A DNA stretch of 64,000 nucleotides, from NCBI RefSeq assembly GCF_006345805.1, contig NC_043006.1, positions 63,984,001 through 64,048,000 of the forward strand. Direction: 5' to 3'. The stretch comes from Octopus sinensis (taxonomy: Eukaryota). Shown one piece after another: positions 11,176-24,527 of the stretch. The translations under genes and the position numbers were made by a program. Below the pieces are notes generated by a model. It was given only the letters and a program-made list of their open reading frames with translations, did not search any database and had not been told where the DNA came from. Numbering within the stretch: position 1 is the stretch's first letter; each line of letters starts with the position of its first letter.

Positions 11176-13470
11176 TACACGAGTCTATGAGTATACAGTC
11201 GCTTGCTTAGCCACAAAAAACAAATTCCTTTAAATCTCCTCTCCCGCTTCAAGGTCTAAAAATTGGAAGGAGACATTTATCAATGTAGTTTGCACACACA
11301 CACACACACACACAGCGGGAATGTAGACGAAGGGAAGGTGCTTGGATTACAAGACTGTTCAATTAGAGCTGACTTGGAACCCTAAAAAACCGGTTTATAA
11401 GCTAGACACTGGTTTATATAAGTGCGGATTAACAATGTAAGTCAAAAAACAAATTTAAATTAACTGAAATTAAAACCCACAATAATAAAATAATAAATAA
11501 GTAACGCCGATAATTTTTCTCATTACCCGATTTTAGTGGAGTTTAAACAGTTCAACTAAGAGCGGCGAGCTGGAAGAATCGGGCAAAATTCCGAACGGCA
11601 TTTCTTCTGAGTTCGAATTCCGCCTAGGTCGACTTTACTTTTCAACTAACCGAGACTCTCTCCCCAAAAATTCCAGGACTTATAGTAGAAAAAGATTGTT
11701 AAACACCATGGATAAGCATAGAGTTGGGTAAAAACACCTAGCGCTATGTATGTTCCGACTCTTTTTTTTTTTATTGCGTTCCGAGTTCAAATCCTCAGTG
11801 GTCAAGTTTAACCTTTTGTCCTGCAATCCGTAAAATAAAGTACAAATACGACTTATTTTTCTCACAAATATTTCCTGATCTCGTGTATTAAGGAATCGTA
11901 ATTATATACTCTATAGGCATGAAATTCTGAGGAGATTTCAGAAGATAAAAATAAATGAAATGAAATGAAAACACCCTTCGGACAAAACTCGGAACATGTG
12001 AATGCTAATTCTCCTTATTCACTTGCTAATCAAACGGACACCAATTTAGAAATTTATTTGACTAACTTGAGTCTTTTAGCTACTATAAAGCTTTAAAAAA
12101 ATGTCTTTCTAATTAATGAAAAACAAAACTATTGATTTCTTATATGATATTGATACATTACATTAAATATTAATTAATGTATATATTAAATGCCTGATAT
12201 TTTCGTTTGTGCCCGTATGTAATTTAACTTAGTCGAGCCACCGCTATGCCGTGTATGCAGCTGTAGTCATAATTTTACTTATTGTTGTGTACACATCACA
12301 ACCTTCTGTCTAACATTAATTTAACTATGAACAATACCGATGTGGGAACTGCAGTGTGTGTGTGAGTGAGTGAGTGAGAATGTATGAGTATTACCGTCGT
12401 TGTGTGGTGCACATACGATTACTACAATATATGTGGACCGCAGTGAATAAGGTGAGAGAGGGACTTTCAATTCAACATCCATCACATACTACAGACGTAC
12501 ACTTGTGAGAAGTAGTCACTTGGATAAAAAAAAATAAATAAATAAACTGACTGTTCACGGATTTAGTTATCATCTGGGACCAAATGTCATCAACATATTA
12601 TTTTGGAAATATAATCATCAAAATCGAACCCTTACCACCACCTTACTTAAAGCAGCTGGTGGGGGAGTCAACTATCTCAGACGAAAAGACAGCCCTTGGC
12701 AGTTTCCTGTATTATTAGTAACCTGTCGAAATCATTCAGTAGTGAAATGAAAATCCGAAATGGAAAGGACGAAATGTACTTAGATTCCGTTGATACGCTG
12801 CAATGTAACTGTGTTTACGCACTGCTACAAGAACATCTCACAATTTTACTTGCTTTATTTACACAAATAACACAAAGGCGTTCCAACTATGATAATCCAG
12901 TCAACACATTGTCCAAAATACATGAATAGAATATAGATATATAACAAGTAACATCTTTACATAAAACAATAAATCGAAAAAGTTTAATACAAAATGTATG
13001 GATGTGCATAATACATATTGAATGGATAGTTACGGTTGAAAAACCTTTATGTTATTTTCTATTGTAGCAGTCTATTGAAATACAAGAGAAAAAAAATCAA
13101 CAAATATACGCTCTTATAGCAGTTGTACAACCAAAACTAAGTACACAACAGTATATAAGCACAAATTAAGTACTTTTCGTCGATTCCGTTTCAATTTTTC
13201 AATTTATTTCTAAAACGTTTCTCCGTGTTACTGAAATATTTTTTTTAAAACGCAACCTAGCCCTTCTCTCCCACGACACACGAACTCATTGTATATAAAT
13301 TTTTATCAATACAAACTAATACCAGTTTAACCAGATTTCTTATTAAGTTTTTTTTTTAAAGAAAAGAAACGAAGTGTTAGACGGGCAGTGTTTTTAATGT
13401 GTCGAGAATGAGGTCTCCCCCATTACAAAGAAGAGAGCCAGGAACAAGTTAAGGAGTAAGATGGGAAGCA

Positions 13471-13838
13471 CAGGCGCAGACGTGACTGTATAGCAAGAGG
13501 TTTGCTTCCCAACCACATGGTTCCGGGTTCAGTCACACTGGGTGGCACCTTAGGCATGTACCTTCTACTATAGCCTAGGACCGACCAAAGCCTTGTGAGT
13601 GGATTTGGGAGACGGAAACGGAAAGAAGTCCGCCTCTGTCGAAGCCTGTCCCCCACCACCGCTTGACAACCGATGGTAGTGCGTTTGCGTCCCTGTAACT
13701 TAGCAGTTCAGCAAAAGACATCAATAGAATCAGTATCAGACTTCAAGAAAATAAGTCCTAGGGTTGATTCGTTCGTCTAAAATTCCTCAGGGCAGTGCCC
13801 CATCATGGCCGCAGTCATGAAACAAGTAAAAGATAAAA
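13471..13838 (+). mobile_element. SINE family A, full length
   Basis: Head GGCGCAG...GGTTCAGTC; tail GAAACAAGTAAAAGATAAAA. Confidence 0.9.
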
Positions 13839-15139
13839 TATATATAGAAAATGGGCAATCGTTTGGAAATAACGAGTGAGCAAGCTTCAGCTTTCAATGC
13901 ATACACACATTAAATAATAATTATATATATATATTCGACACACACACACAATGAGTGAGTGAGAGAGAGTGTGTGTGTGTGGTGTCTTGAGCAACTATGG
14001 GCAGAAAGCAGCGAGTAAGTAGGTTTTCCATATTCGAAAACTGAGGTGACCCAAATACTTTATCTGCAATTTTAATCCACAAACTCCTTATGGATTTCAT
14101 ATGAACATTCCATAATTTCTCCAAAGTTTTAGGTGTTTCAATTATAACCGAAGCCTACCTCAAAGTTATTTTCCCCAGACGTTTCCTTTAACAACAAAGC
14201 TCTCAATATGAACTACATGAAATCAGTAAACGAAAACCTACGATGAATTCATAAATTATCTAACCGCTCAAAGAATTAAGAATTTTATAGTCAAGAGGGA
14301 TTTTAAAAAATTTATTCTCCAATAATTCAACCAATTATTATAATGAACAATGTAGCCGAAGCAGAGACATAGAAAAGTGAAATACAATAATACAAATTTG
14401 ATGCCTTTCAAACGTGAAACAAATACCGATGATTTGGTATAATCCGCCCAATAATTCACAAGTATCAACATTCGTAGCTAAACTTTTTTCCAAACTACAC
14501 CATAAGCATTTCAACCAAAATGTTAGAACTCACTCGAGTTCACAGAATTATGCACAAATATTATCAATGTATAAACTGAAAATTGACTTCCATCTCAAAC
14601 ACCAATTGCTTTCTATAAGACAATTGCAAAGCCAAGGAATTGGTATATTGTGTTACTGCCAACATTAATTCTAAATTTACATCGTGAATCAATTCATTTA
14701 AAGCTATCAATATTTTTTTAGAATTCAGAATATAAATATGTCGCTGTCGAATCAAAGTTATTTAAAATCGCCAAACACCTAGTTCAATATAAAATGGAAA
14801 ATAGAAAATACCGTTTCCTTCAAAACCAATAAAAATCACTGTCAGCCTTGCACCTCAGAATCAGCTGAAATTCTGTTTCCCAATCTCCAACCACTTATCA
14901 CCATTAAAAATTAGTTTTATCATGCAAAGAATTTTTTTTAGAATATTGAAATATTTGAAGCTACATATCTGTTTAAAGAGGTAATATTAGATAACACGAT
15001 ATATCTACAAATAATACTGATAAGTTTTAACATTACTAGAAAAAGAACATACAAAATTTTTAATACACCTTTCCACTTCCATACAAAACATATTGGAAAC
15101 ATACGATAATATCACTAAAATTATTGTTCTAATATTTCT

Positions 15140-15345
15140 ACCGAGCTGGCAGAATCGTTAGCAGGCCGGGCAAACGCTAAGCGGCATTTCGTTCGTCATT
15201 ACGATCTGAGTTCAAATTCCGCCAATGTCGACCTTGCCTTTCAGAGTCGATGAAATAAGAACCAGCTGAGCAGTGGGGGTCGACGCAATCGACTCACCCG
15301 CTTCCCACTAAATTGCTGGCCTTGCGTCAAAATTGAAAACCAATA
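15140..15345 (+). mobile_element. SINE family B
   Basis: GAGCTGGCAGAATCGTTAGCA...GAGTTCAAATTCCGCC...GCTGGCCTTG. Confidence 0.85.
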
Positions 15346-17248
15346 TTTCTAGCGAATGCTTTTCTATTTTGAAAACATTTCCACTTGGATTTTTGTGTAC
15401 TTAGGATTTTATCGTAAAAAATATCATCGCTAGCGGCAACGACCTAACCTCCTCCCTTTTTTTTTACCCCAGACAAAACACAATTTTATCAGTAAATAAA
15501 TTTCTAACATAGACCAACTTAATTTCCGCGTCTCAGTCTATTTATATACCCGCCAATCAATCAAGTAACATTAAATTCACTTTATCTTATCATAAACCAT
15601 AAAATTCAATCCTTTTCTATACAAATTCCTTCAATTAATTTTCTTTCACGTTAAGCGTTATATTTATTATATATTTTCTTAAATTCCAAACAGTCATTTG
15701 CAATAATTACAAACGTCTTTTCACTCGCATTTAAATATATAAAATGTAACATCTATTTAAATTTATGGTGATATCTCAATGAAAATTGTTATATGTTTTT
15801 ACATTTAACCAAACATACTGGAATAAGATACTGTTGATTCATTCAATAATAAATTACAATACAATGTTATATACTACTAAAACGGCAAAAATTATCATTG
15901 GTACAATATTACTATAACAAAAAGCACGGACAGTATATTTCCAGCAACTGCTTTTAAGTATTATTTTTTTTATTATAATCGTTAGAACATTCCCCGCCTT
16001 TCCACTCTATCGATATTTTTGTCGTCCCACCCCACAACCTGACACGATTAATTCAACTCATCCTAAATTCACCTACCCCACTAATAACTTCCATCCATCT
16101 CTATTAGCCCTACTTAAACCAGATTTTACACTTTCAAATAAACTACTCTGTTTATCCAGTGTGTGAGAGTGCAAAAAAAAAAAAAAAAAAACGTATGCAT
16201 GTGCGTGTGTGACAACTGCAGACAGAGCTGTGCAGTTGAGAAGATCGCTTCACAGTTGCGTGACTCCAACTTGGATCCCACTGAACGACACCTTGGTCAA
16301 GTGCATTCCACAAAAGCCTCGATTCAACCAATAAATACCTAATGAGTGGAATTTGGTAGACGGGAAAACGTTTGTGTATGTATGTATGCATGCATGTGAA
16401 CATGGTGGAACAACCGGTGTAATTTACGTTTACGTCCCTTTTTGCCAATAAAACAAAATATTTCATATATGCGTGTGTTAAACATTCTTTGTGGTTTAAT
16501 GCTTTTCTCGTTTCATACAATTTTGTGGTGGTAGGGGACACAAGACAAGATGTAAATAAAGGGTACAAACACTTAAAAAAAAAAGAAGCAGACTCACCAC
16601 TTGCATTCAGTGCTGTATGTTTTCAAAGAACTTACACTAGTAAGATTGCTCTGAACTCCAAAAACATTGCACAATCTATGCACACACACACAAATTATAG
16701 ATATTCTTTATTAAATCCAATTTTGATTATACCGGGTTATGAATACACACACAAAATATAAAACCGAATGCACGTTATTGGATACATAGATGATGAAAAA
16801 AAATGGCACATAATACAAAGCATTTAATAGTAGCTAAATCTTCGCTAATACGAGACTCTGGGTTATTACCGCTCGTGTGTGTGAGTGTGCCTGCGTGCGC
16901 GGCACACATTAAGAGATTGCTTGTACGATTGTAATCGATTGAATTGATCCCTAGACACATACGCATATATATATATATTATACCACAAAGGCCAAATTTT
17001 TCATGAAAGAGAGAGAAAAACAATATAGCTTTGTATAGTAGAAGAATCGGTTCTAAGTGGATTTGTATAAAATATAGTAAATAAACATCCTCTGATGGCT
17101 TGTATATATACACACCAAAGTGAAGTGTATAAAGACAACCAGATAAGGAAATAATAAACACACATACATACACGCACACACACACACACTCACGTACGTA
17201 CACAAACCTAGAGTTGAATGCGGCAAGAATCCATCCATTACTGCGTAC

Positions 17249-17275
17249 CTGTCCAACGATTGCGAAATATTTCAT
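17249..17275 (-). CDS. MSL1: Probable first coding exon of MSL1 homolog (MKYFAIVGQ)
   Basis: ATG at 17275-17273 with an upstream in-frame TAG; phase-0 donor CAG|GTACGC matches the phase-0 start of the 8900 exon; GC-richer unique sequence with promoter motifs just upstream. The peptide itself shows no homology I recognise. Confidence 0.5.
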
Positions 17276-17337
17276 GAAGAAACGATGCGGCCACAATGAC
17301 AACAGTAGATCTCGCTACCGCCGGAGCCCTTAACCAT
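17272..17337 (-). CDS. Upstream ORF, 21 aa (MVKGSGGSEIYCCHCGRIVSS)
   Basis: GCCATGG Kozak context; TGA at 17274-17272 overlaps the ATG at 17275-17273. Translation is unproven. Confidence 0.4.
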   Translation of the reverse strand: MVKGSGGSEIYCCHCGRIVSS

Positions 17338-17439
17338 GGCCCGGTTTGGGTATTTATTGCAGGGGAGGAGGAGATGGTTGATAAGCCGAATGTCAAGGTC
17401 TTCCTCACAACAGAGAAGAGCACAGAAAACGACAAGCCA

Positions 17440-17520
17440 AGGGAAACAACTTCTTTCCACTTCCTGGTGTTTACCTCACCTCACCCCACGCTGGTTTGTA
17501 GTAGTCGAGGCAACGAAAGA
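17440..17520 (-). promoter_or_regulatory. Putative MSL1 proximal promoter
   Basis: Minus-strand GTAAACA (forkhead-like) next to CCAGGAAGTG (ETS-like) at 17458-17474, followed by a pyrimidine-rich 5'UTR-like tract; repeats resume at ~17530. Confidence 0.45.
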
Positions 17521-17719
17521 GATTCAAACGCAGTCGCTAGAAATAGCAGGTAACCCCCCCCCCCAAATGACAGCATACCGGCTTCAGAAATGAAGGCTGC
17601 ATTGGAAGATGTAGCTCTTGAAACATTGTAAATAAATGAAATGAAAGATGAGGTGGTCATGGCTGAGACGCATGGGAATGACCAACGGCTTTTAGATTAT
17701 TATAAATAATCTTTTTTTT

Positions 17720-19420
17720 AACTATAGACACAAGGTTTGAATTTTTGTGGGCAGAGTGGGACTAGGTCGATTATATAACTTATTTCATCGACCCCAAAAG
17801 AATGAACGTTAAAGTCGACCTCGGCGGAATTTGAACTCAGAACATAAAGCCGGAAGCATTTTCTCCGACTAGCGAATCATTTTTAACATTGTGACAAAGC
17901 TACATTTGGACGTGTGAGGAGGGTACAATCGATTGCATTTACCCCAACCACTGACAGATACATATGCTATCAGTCCTAGAAGAATGATGACTGCTAACAT
18001 TGACCTTGATACGATTTGAACTCAGAAACGTAAGTAAATGCCACAAGACATTTTATCCGCCGCTGTACCGATATAACGCCTTTTAGAGATTTGACAGTTC
18101 TTAGACTGACAGACGACCGTCGCTATTTAGAGGACGGAATCATAATCTATTAAACTTGCAGACGAATCGGGCCAAGCAACGATCTCCTAAGCACTCACAC
18201 GACCTGCTGAAAACAGCAGCAAAAATTCTCTCAAATCAGAACTGCTAAAAAAGACCGCATTAATTAATGTAATCCGAGATATATGAAATGACGGAATGGT
18301 CACGACTGGAAGTACTATGATACTAAATTTGTGCAACGCGGCTAAAAAGGACCAACACTAGGGAAAAAAAAAAAAATGAATATCGAAGTCGAACTCGGTG
18401 GGATTTGAAGTCAGAACGTCGTGAGATAAAATTAATACTAGATATCATCTAATCGATACTGCGTCGTTGCTACATTTTTGCTAATACCATTTGTTGTCAT
18501 TCGACTGACTTTCAAACCGTGACCATCTCGTATTCCTTTACGATAAACAAAAATCTCCCAAACCTCGGTTTATCCAGTATAGTATTTTTTTTCTTAAGAA
18601 GGAAGTGTGGCTGTTTTTTTCTAGCAAATCGAATGATCGAATAGTTTTCTCTCTGACTCAACGAGTACAAAATTAAAAAAGCAAATGGATCGATATCATT
18701 CAAGGACTGGTACGTATTTTATTGGCGGTGTAAAAAGAAAAAAGAAAAAAAATCAACTGTAGCTAGATTTTGAACTCCGAACGTAAAGGAATACAACGTG
18801 TTTTGTCTGGAGCAATACATTCTCGACCATTCATAATAATAATAATCCTGTTTTAGGCATAAGGTTTGAAATTTTGTGGGAATGAAAGACAAAGTGAAGT
18901 TGGCTGAATTTGAACTCAGAATGTAAATAATAGGAAAAAGTGCTACTAAACATTTTGTCCGGCGAGCTAACGATTTCGTGAGCTCGCCGCCTTGCCATTC
19001 AGAATAATAATAACGATTTCAAATTCTAACACAAGGCCAGCAATTTCGATGGAGGGGACAAGTCGGTTGCATCGACCTTAGTGTTTGACTGGCATTTATT
19101 TTATTGACACCGAAAGAATGAAAGGCAAAGGCGACTTCGGCGGAATTTGAACTCAGAACAATGACGGAAGAAATGTCGCAAAGCAACTTGCCATGCATGC
19201 TAACCATTTTACCATCCATAATAATCGTTTCTAAAGTACACACAACGTCTGAAATTGTAGGAGAGAGGTTAGTCGATTATATCGACCAAATGCATAAATG
19301 GTGTTTTATTTTATCGAACTTGGAAGGGTGAAAGGCAAAACTTGACCTCGGTGGAATCTGAAGTGGCAACATAGAGCTGAAATAACTAAAATACTACCAG
19401 GTATTTTGTCCGATGATTTA
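17720..19420 (-). mobile_element. Cluster of degenerate family B SINEs and family D repeats
   Basis: Repeated GAATTTGAACTCAGAA / TTTATCGAC / CACAAGG blocks in the same orientation. Confidence 0.75.
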
Positions 19421-20589
19421 ACGAGTATAAAACACCGGCGAAAGATCGCAAAAAACACCCTACCCATTAAATGAAAAGCGGATGGCGATTAGTTGTAAGA
19501 ACTTTCAACGAATATTCTACACAATGTGGAGAGGATACAGTAAAATGAACTCTTAGTATTTCTACCGTACTTTATTTTACCGATTTTGAACGATGAAGTA
19601 TAAATAAATAATCTCCTATAAAATGACATTTAAATACATTCTCGAAATAGTGACAGGAAATAAACAGAAGCTAACTAAATTATGGCAATATATCACATCC
19701 TTAATAAAAATATGATTGTGAGGGAGATGACGAATGCATTAAATGCACATATTTGGCGCAATTATTGTTGAACTAGTGATAAACACTAGTTTACCTGTTA
19801 GAAATAAATTATTATTTAAAATTGGGAGAAAAAAAGAAAAATTATTCATTTGGCGCTGTTGTATCGCCCAAGTCTAGATATTTGGATAACATGAATTTTT
19901 GCGGAAGAATATAAAGAAGCGCAATTTTGGTTTTGTTGATTATTGAAAAAGGAGAAAGAAAAAAAAAGAATTTTTGTTTTCTTTCTCTTCGTGACACACA
20001 ACATTGCAACTGAGAGCGGGGGTCGACTGTTGCAATGAAATACAATAATCTATCACTGCATGACGATACAAATGATTCAGTGTTCTTTCTGTAAGACGCA
20101 GCGATAACAAGACACACGACGTATGATGAATAGTACATATACACACAGAAAGAAGTGTATTTAGTTTATACACGATCGTATATATTTATACAGAGAGAGA
20201 GAGAGAGGGGGGGAAGAAGATAGAAGCAATAAATAGGTATGGGGATGGAGAGGGAAAGGCAGAGAGAGAGGCTGAAGGAGGAGAGAGATGAGAGAAAGAG
20301 AGAAGAGCACGTAGTTACAGAGAGCGAGTTAAAGTAGCATATTTGTTAACACAACAGTTATTCGTATTAATTTTGTGGGTTTGTAAATATACAAAATAGC
20401 AACGTCTCTAGTGTAATGAAAAGGCGGAGGAGTGGGTAGGAGGGCGTCATCATTATCGAATTTAGCATCAGTTTGAACTGCATGTGACAATAGCAACGAA
20501 GATAGACATATATCTCTGCACACAACATGGCTGAGAGAGAATACGCATGGAGGGTTTTTCACACACTCAATACACATACATGTTTTCAT

Positions 20590-20945
20590 AGGTGCAGGCA
20601 TGGTTGAGAACCTTGCTTCGCACCCGTGTCGTTTTGGGTTCAGCCCCACTGCGTGACACCTTTGGCAAATATCTTCGAGTAAAAACCCCGGCGCGGCCAA
20701 AATCCAATAAGTGGATTTGGTAGGCGGAATCTGAAACATACACACACACACAATGTATGTGTATAACACTGTGATATATTTATACCTATGACCACGTGAC
20801 ATGTGTACATCCCTGTAACTTAGAGGTTCGGCAAAACAGTCTGATAGAATGAGGACCAGGCTTAAATATTAGGGTAGATTCATTCGACTTAACCCCTCAC
20901 GGCGGTGTCTCAGTATGGATATAGTCAATGAACGAAAGATAAAAA
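20590..20945 (+). mobile_element. SINE family A, degenerate
   Basis: GGTGCAGGCATGG...GGGTTCAGCCCCACTGCGTG...GTGGATTTGGTAG. Confidence 0.8.
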
Positions 20946-21287
20946 AAAAGTAACCTATTTTATACGAGAAAGCACGTAATACCAGCGACGATCTTGACGT
21001 ATAGCGTACCGTTTTCACTTCTGCATAAGTATTATTTTCTTCGGATTTCCTATCAGTAATTATATTAGCTGTTGCTTTAGCTGCATTCGAGAAAATTATG
21101 TTCCGCAAATGTTTTTTTATTTTGTGAATTCGTTGTTCCACAAAATAAAAATACTATGATTTTCCTGTAAATTTGCACGATCGTATAATGAATAAGGAGA
21201 ATATAGCGACCATTGGGAATATTGATCTCCAATTTTCCTTGAACACTACACCATGCTTGAGTGCGCACGCACACACACATATATATA

Positions 21288-21560
21288 TAGCTCAGTGGTT
21301 AGAGAGTCGGGCTTACGATTATGAGGTAGTGAGTTCGATTCCCGGACCGGGCTGTGTTGTGTTGTGTTCTTGAGCAAGACACTTTATTCCACATTGCTCC
21401 AGTTCACTCAGCTGTAAAAATGAGTTGTGACGTCACTGGTGTCAAACTGTATCGGCCCCATTTGCCTTTCCCTTGGATAATATCGGTGGCGTGGAGGAGG
21501 GAGGCTGGTATTCCATAACCTTGCACAGACTTGTGTGTCGGGGGTTAACTTTCTTGATGC
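21288..21560 (+). mobile_element. tRNA-derived SINE, family C
   Basis: AGCTCAGTGGTTAGAG A box, GAGTTCGATTCC B box, CTTGAGCAAGACACTTT core; second copy at 22760-23035. Confidence 0.85.
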
Positions 21561-22759
21561 AATGACCGAATGCGGGATTCTTTAATATATATATATATAT
21601 ATATGCGCGAAAAGGAAAGGACAACCATAGTTAGCGAAGATGAAAATAGTACGCCACTCACTCTTTAGGATCACCCTACAACTTTTTAATAATAGGGAAT
21701 GGATAGATGGCAGAAGGGGAACACACAACAAAATGACTTGCGAGATTTAGTTACGTCCCTTTACTTCCCATTCTTCTGAGAGGATGAATAAAGTATTGCG
21801 ATCGATAACAATTTAATCGATTATACCTTCAGCACCAAAATCTGTAGCCTTGCATCTATATTCCAAGACACCACTAATATCACTGTGTATTAGTGTGTTT
21901 GTATTTGCGGAAAAAACGCTATTGAAATTGTTTTTGTGGTGTTCCTTATCGGATAAAAGAAAACATTACCAGGCTAGTGTTTCCAGCAACAGGAAAAAAG
22001 ACAATCATACATAAGAAAATTCATAGAATTGGGTTAATATATAGATTCTGTATAATTTTTATCATCATCATCATTATTATTATTACTCGCCCCAAACATG
22101 AACCATTGGACATCACCACACGAAATGTCCTAATAAAAAGGGACTTCTAAGCTGCTAGAAAGAGCACCACTTTTCTTTCATTACAACCTACTACCTTGAA
22201 AATGAATTATACTAGATAATGCACCACCCAAGATTTTATATATATATAGGATGGACTTTCAGTTTCCGTCTACCAAATCTACTCACAAGGCTTTGGTTAG
22301 CCCGAGGCTATAGAAGACACTTCAGGTTTATGGGATTGCCTTAGGTTTCCCGTCCACAAAGAGTTCGGCTTTATTGCATATCGTCAGATCCCAAAAACCT
22401 GTTGGCCCATGACCTCGTAAAAATGTGGAAGGGGAAAAGCCTCACTACACACACACACACACGAAGAAAGTACATGTCTGTATCTTGCGTGAAAAATTTT
22501 CCGTTACCATCCGTTTGTTCAATCTTTGAATCTTATTTGCAGAGATATACACCTTTTTTGGAATGGTTTAATTCTAAGCAAATAAAGCCCAAAATAATAA
22601 TTCGCAAAAATTCGGTTTAAAAAAAAATCACTGGTTAAAAGAAGTCGAAAGCAGCCTTCAACATTTCCTATCAACTTTAACCCAAAAGTTACACGCTATT
22701 ACTTTTAGCTTTAATTAAACTGTTCGAAAGAAGAATTATTTCATGTTCTCTCGAAATGT

Positions 22760-23035
22760 TTAAATTCTGACCGGGCTGTGTGTTGTGGGATCTTGTGCAA
22801 GACACTTTTTTTCACGTTGCTCCAGTTCACTCGTCTGTAGAAATGAGTTGCGACGTCACAGGTGCCAAGCTGTATCGTCCTTTGCCTTTCCCTTGGACAA
22901 CATTGGTGGCGTGGAGAGAGGAGGCTGGTATGCATGGGCGACTGCTGGTCTTCCATAAACAACCTTGCCCGGACATGTGCCTGGGAGGGTAATTTTCTAG
23001 GTGCAATCCTATGGTCAGTCATGACCGAAGGGGGA
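22760..23035 (+). mobile_element. SINE family C
   Basis: Near-colinear with 21340-21510 (GCTCCAGTTCACTC...GACGTCAC...TTTGCCTTTCCCTTGGA). Confidence 0.85.
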
Positions 23036-23046
23036 GGGGCTCTTCT

Positions 23047-23120
23047 ATATGTGATAAGTTATTCGGTTGCCATAATAAAACTCCGAGTTTTATTATGGCA
23101 ACCGAATAATTATCACATAT
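23047..23120. repeat. Near-perfect 36-bp fold-back palindrome
   Basis: ATATGTGATAAGTTATTCGGTTGCCATAATAAAACTC-C-GAGTTTTATTATGGCAACCGAATAATTATCACATAT; one 1-nt indel. Confidence 0.95.
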
Positions 23121-24470
23121 TATATTACAGATAAATTCCTCTATTTACATAATATCGAGTTCTCATTCATTCTTTTGTTGTCATACCATTACTATTAATA
23201 TATATATGAAAGAGGTAGTTACAGTGAAATGGTCCTTACGTATCAGGGCTGACCTGGAGCTCAATATTACCACCACAACAAACTTCATACAACAAAGCGT
23301 ATTTCTCCAACCGGATATTTCACACGTGATGGCAGTCATTATCCATGTGAAACTCTAGCGGCTGTTTTAGTGCAGTCAAGCAAGGAAAAGCCGCCGCCAT
23401 CACCACCACCTCCACCATCTAAAAACTATCCTGCTAAACAAGGGACGGTCAACCGCCCTGCTAGAAATAGCAGCCAAATTTGCCCCTTACCACACACAAC
23501 CTTATTTAAAATGAAGGGCACAGGACGATGTAGTACAACAGTATCCCAAAAAAATGACATGGGCCACTGTTGTTTACTCAACCTGAACAATCGATCAACT
23601 ACAAAACAAGATGGAACCCCTACGCTGTCGCTCGCTATGCTAGAAATATTAGTTATATCGCCATCAAATCAAACCCAAGCGTCTTTAAAAAAGAACACGT
23701 TGACTAATGTAGCCGTACATATAGAAAAAGAGCCTGGATGATCACGACTGGAACCCATTTGATTATAAACCGACACACATAGTTGCTGCTATACATCTTC
23801 ATTCGTTGAGTTTTATAATAAGAGAGAGAGAGATGGTTGCTGAGTGATGCTTGCCCTCTCACTCACTCACGCACATATTAGTGTATGTGTAAATCATTTT
23901 AACTGAAGGAAAAGATCCACCATCAGATCCAAGATAACGAGTCAATAATAAGAGGTGGTAGTACTGCGTGGTAGCAGGAATAGCAGTTGCAGTAGCGGTG
24001 GGAATAGTAGGAGTGATAACAACAAGCTCTAATAATTGCAGCAGTAGTCACAGAAGTGATAGGGAGAGGTGCTAGTTGTAGCGACAGTAGTTATGTTGTT
24101 AATAATAGAAAATACAAAGAGGGATCCATTAATAATAACAAAGAAAAAAAGAACGAAAGCAAGTTTTAAATGGAGGTGGTGAGAGGCTAATGAAATATGT
24201 GAGGACTAATATTAGAAAAGCAGATAAGAGGATTAGTAACAGAGAGAAAAGGAGAGAGGTCACCCACCCCCACCACTTTTGGGAAGTCGGAGTAGCTTGT
24301 GTTAGCTACAGTGAGAGAGAAATAAACTGAGCGACGGTTGCTATAGGGCGGGAACACACACACACAAACACACGCATACACGTGTGTTTGTGTTGTGTTC
24401 GTATGCGTATGTATACATACGTGTGTATATGAGTCTAGCGTCTATGCAGTGTGTATGCATGTGAGAGTGA

Positions 24471-24527
<57 letters not shown>

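Noticed and set aside
12620-12725. Two strong minus-strand donors (GTAAGG) as an MSL1 cassette exon
   Set aside because: No convincing acceptor, and stops are present; insufficient support.
17270-17280. UCA-UGA as an antizyme-like +1 frameshift site
   Set aside because: The MSL1 frame is -1 relative to the uORF, not +1, and there is no antizyme similarity.
21288-21350. tRNA gene
   Set aside because: It continues into a SINE body with no proper acceptor stem; the same applies to 52305-52378.
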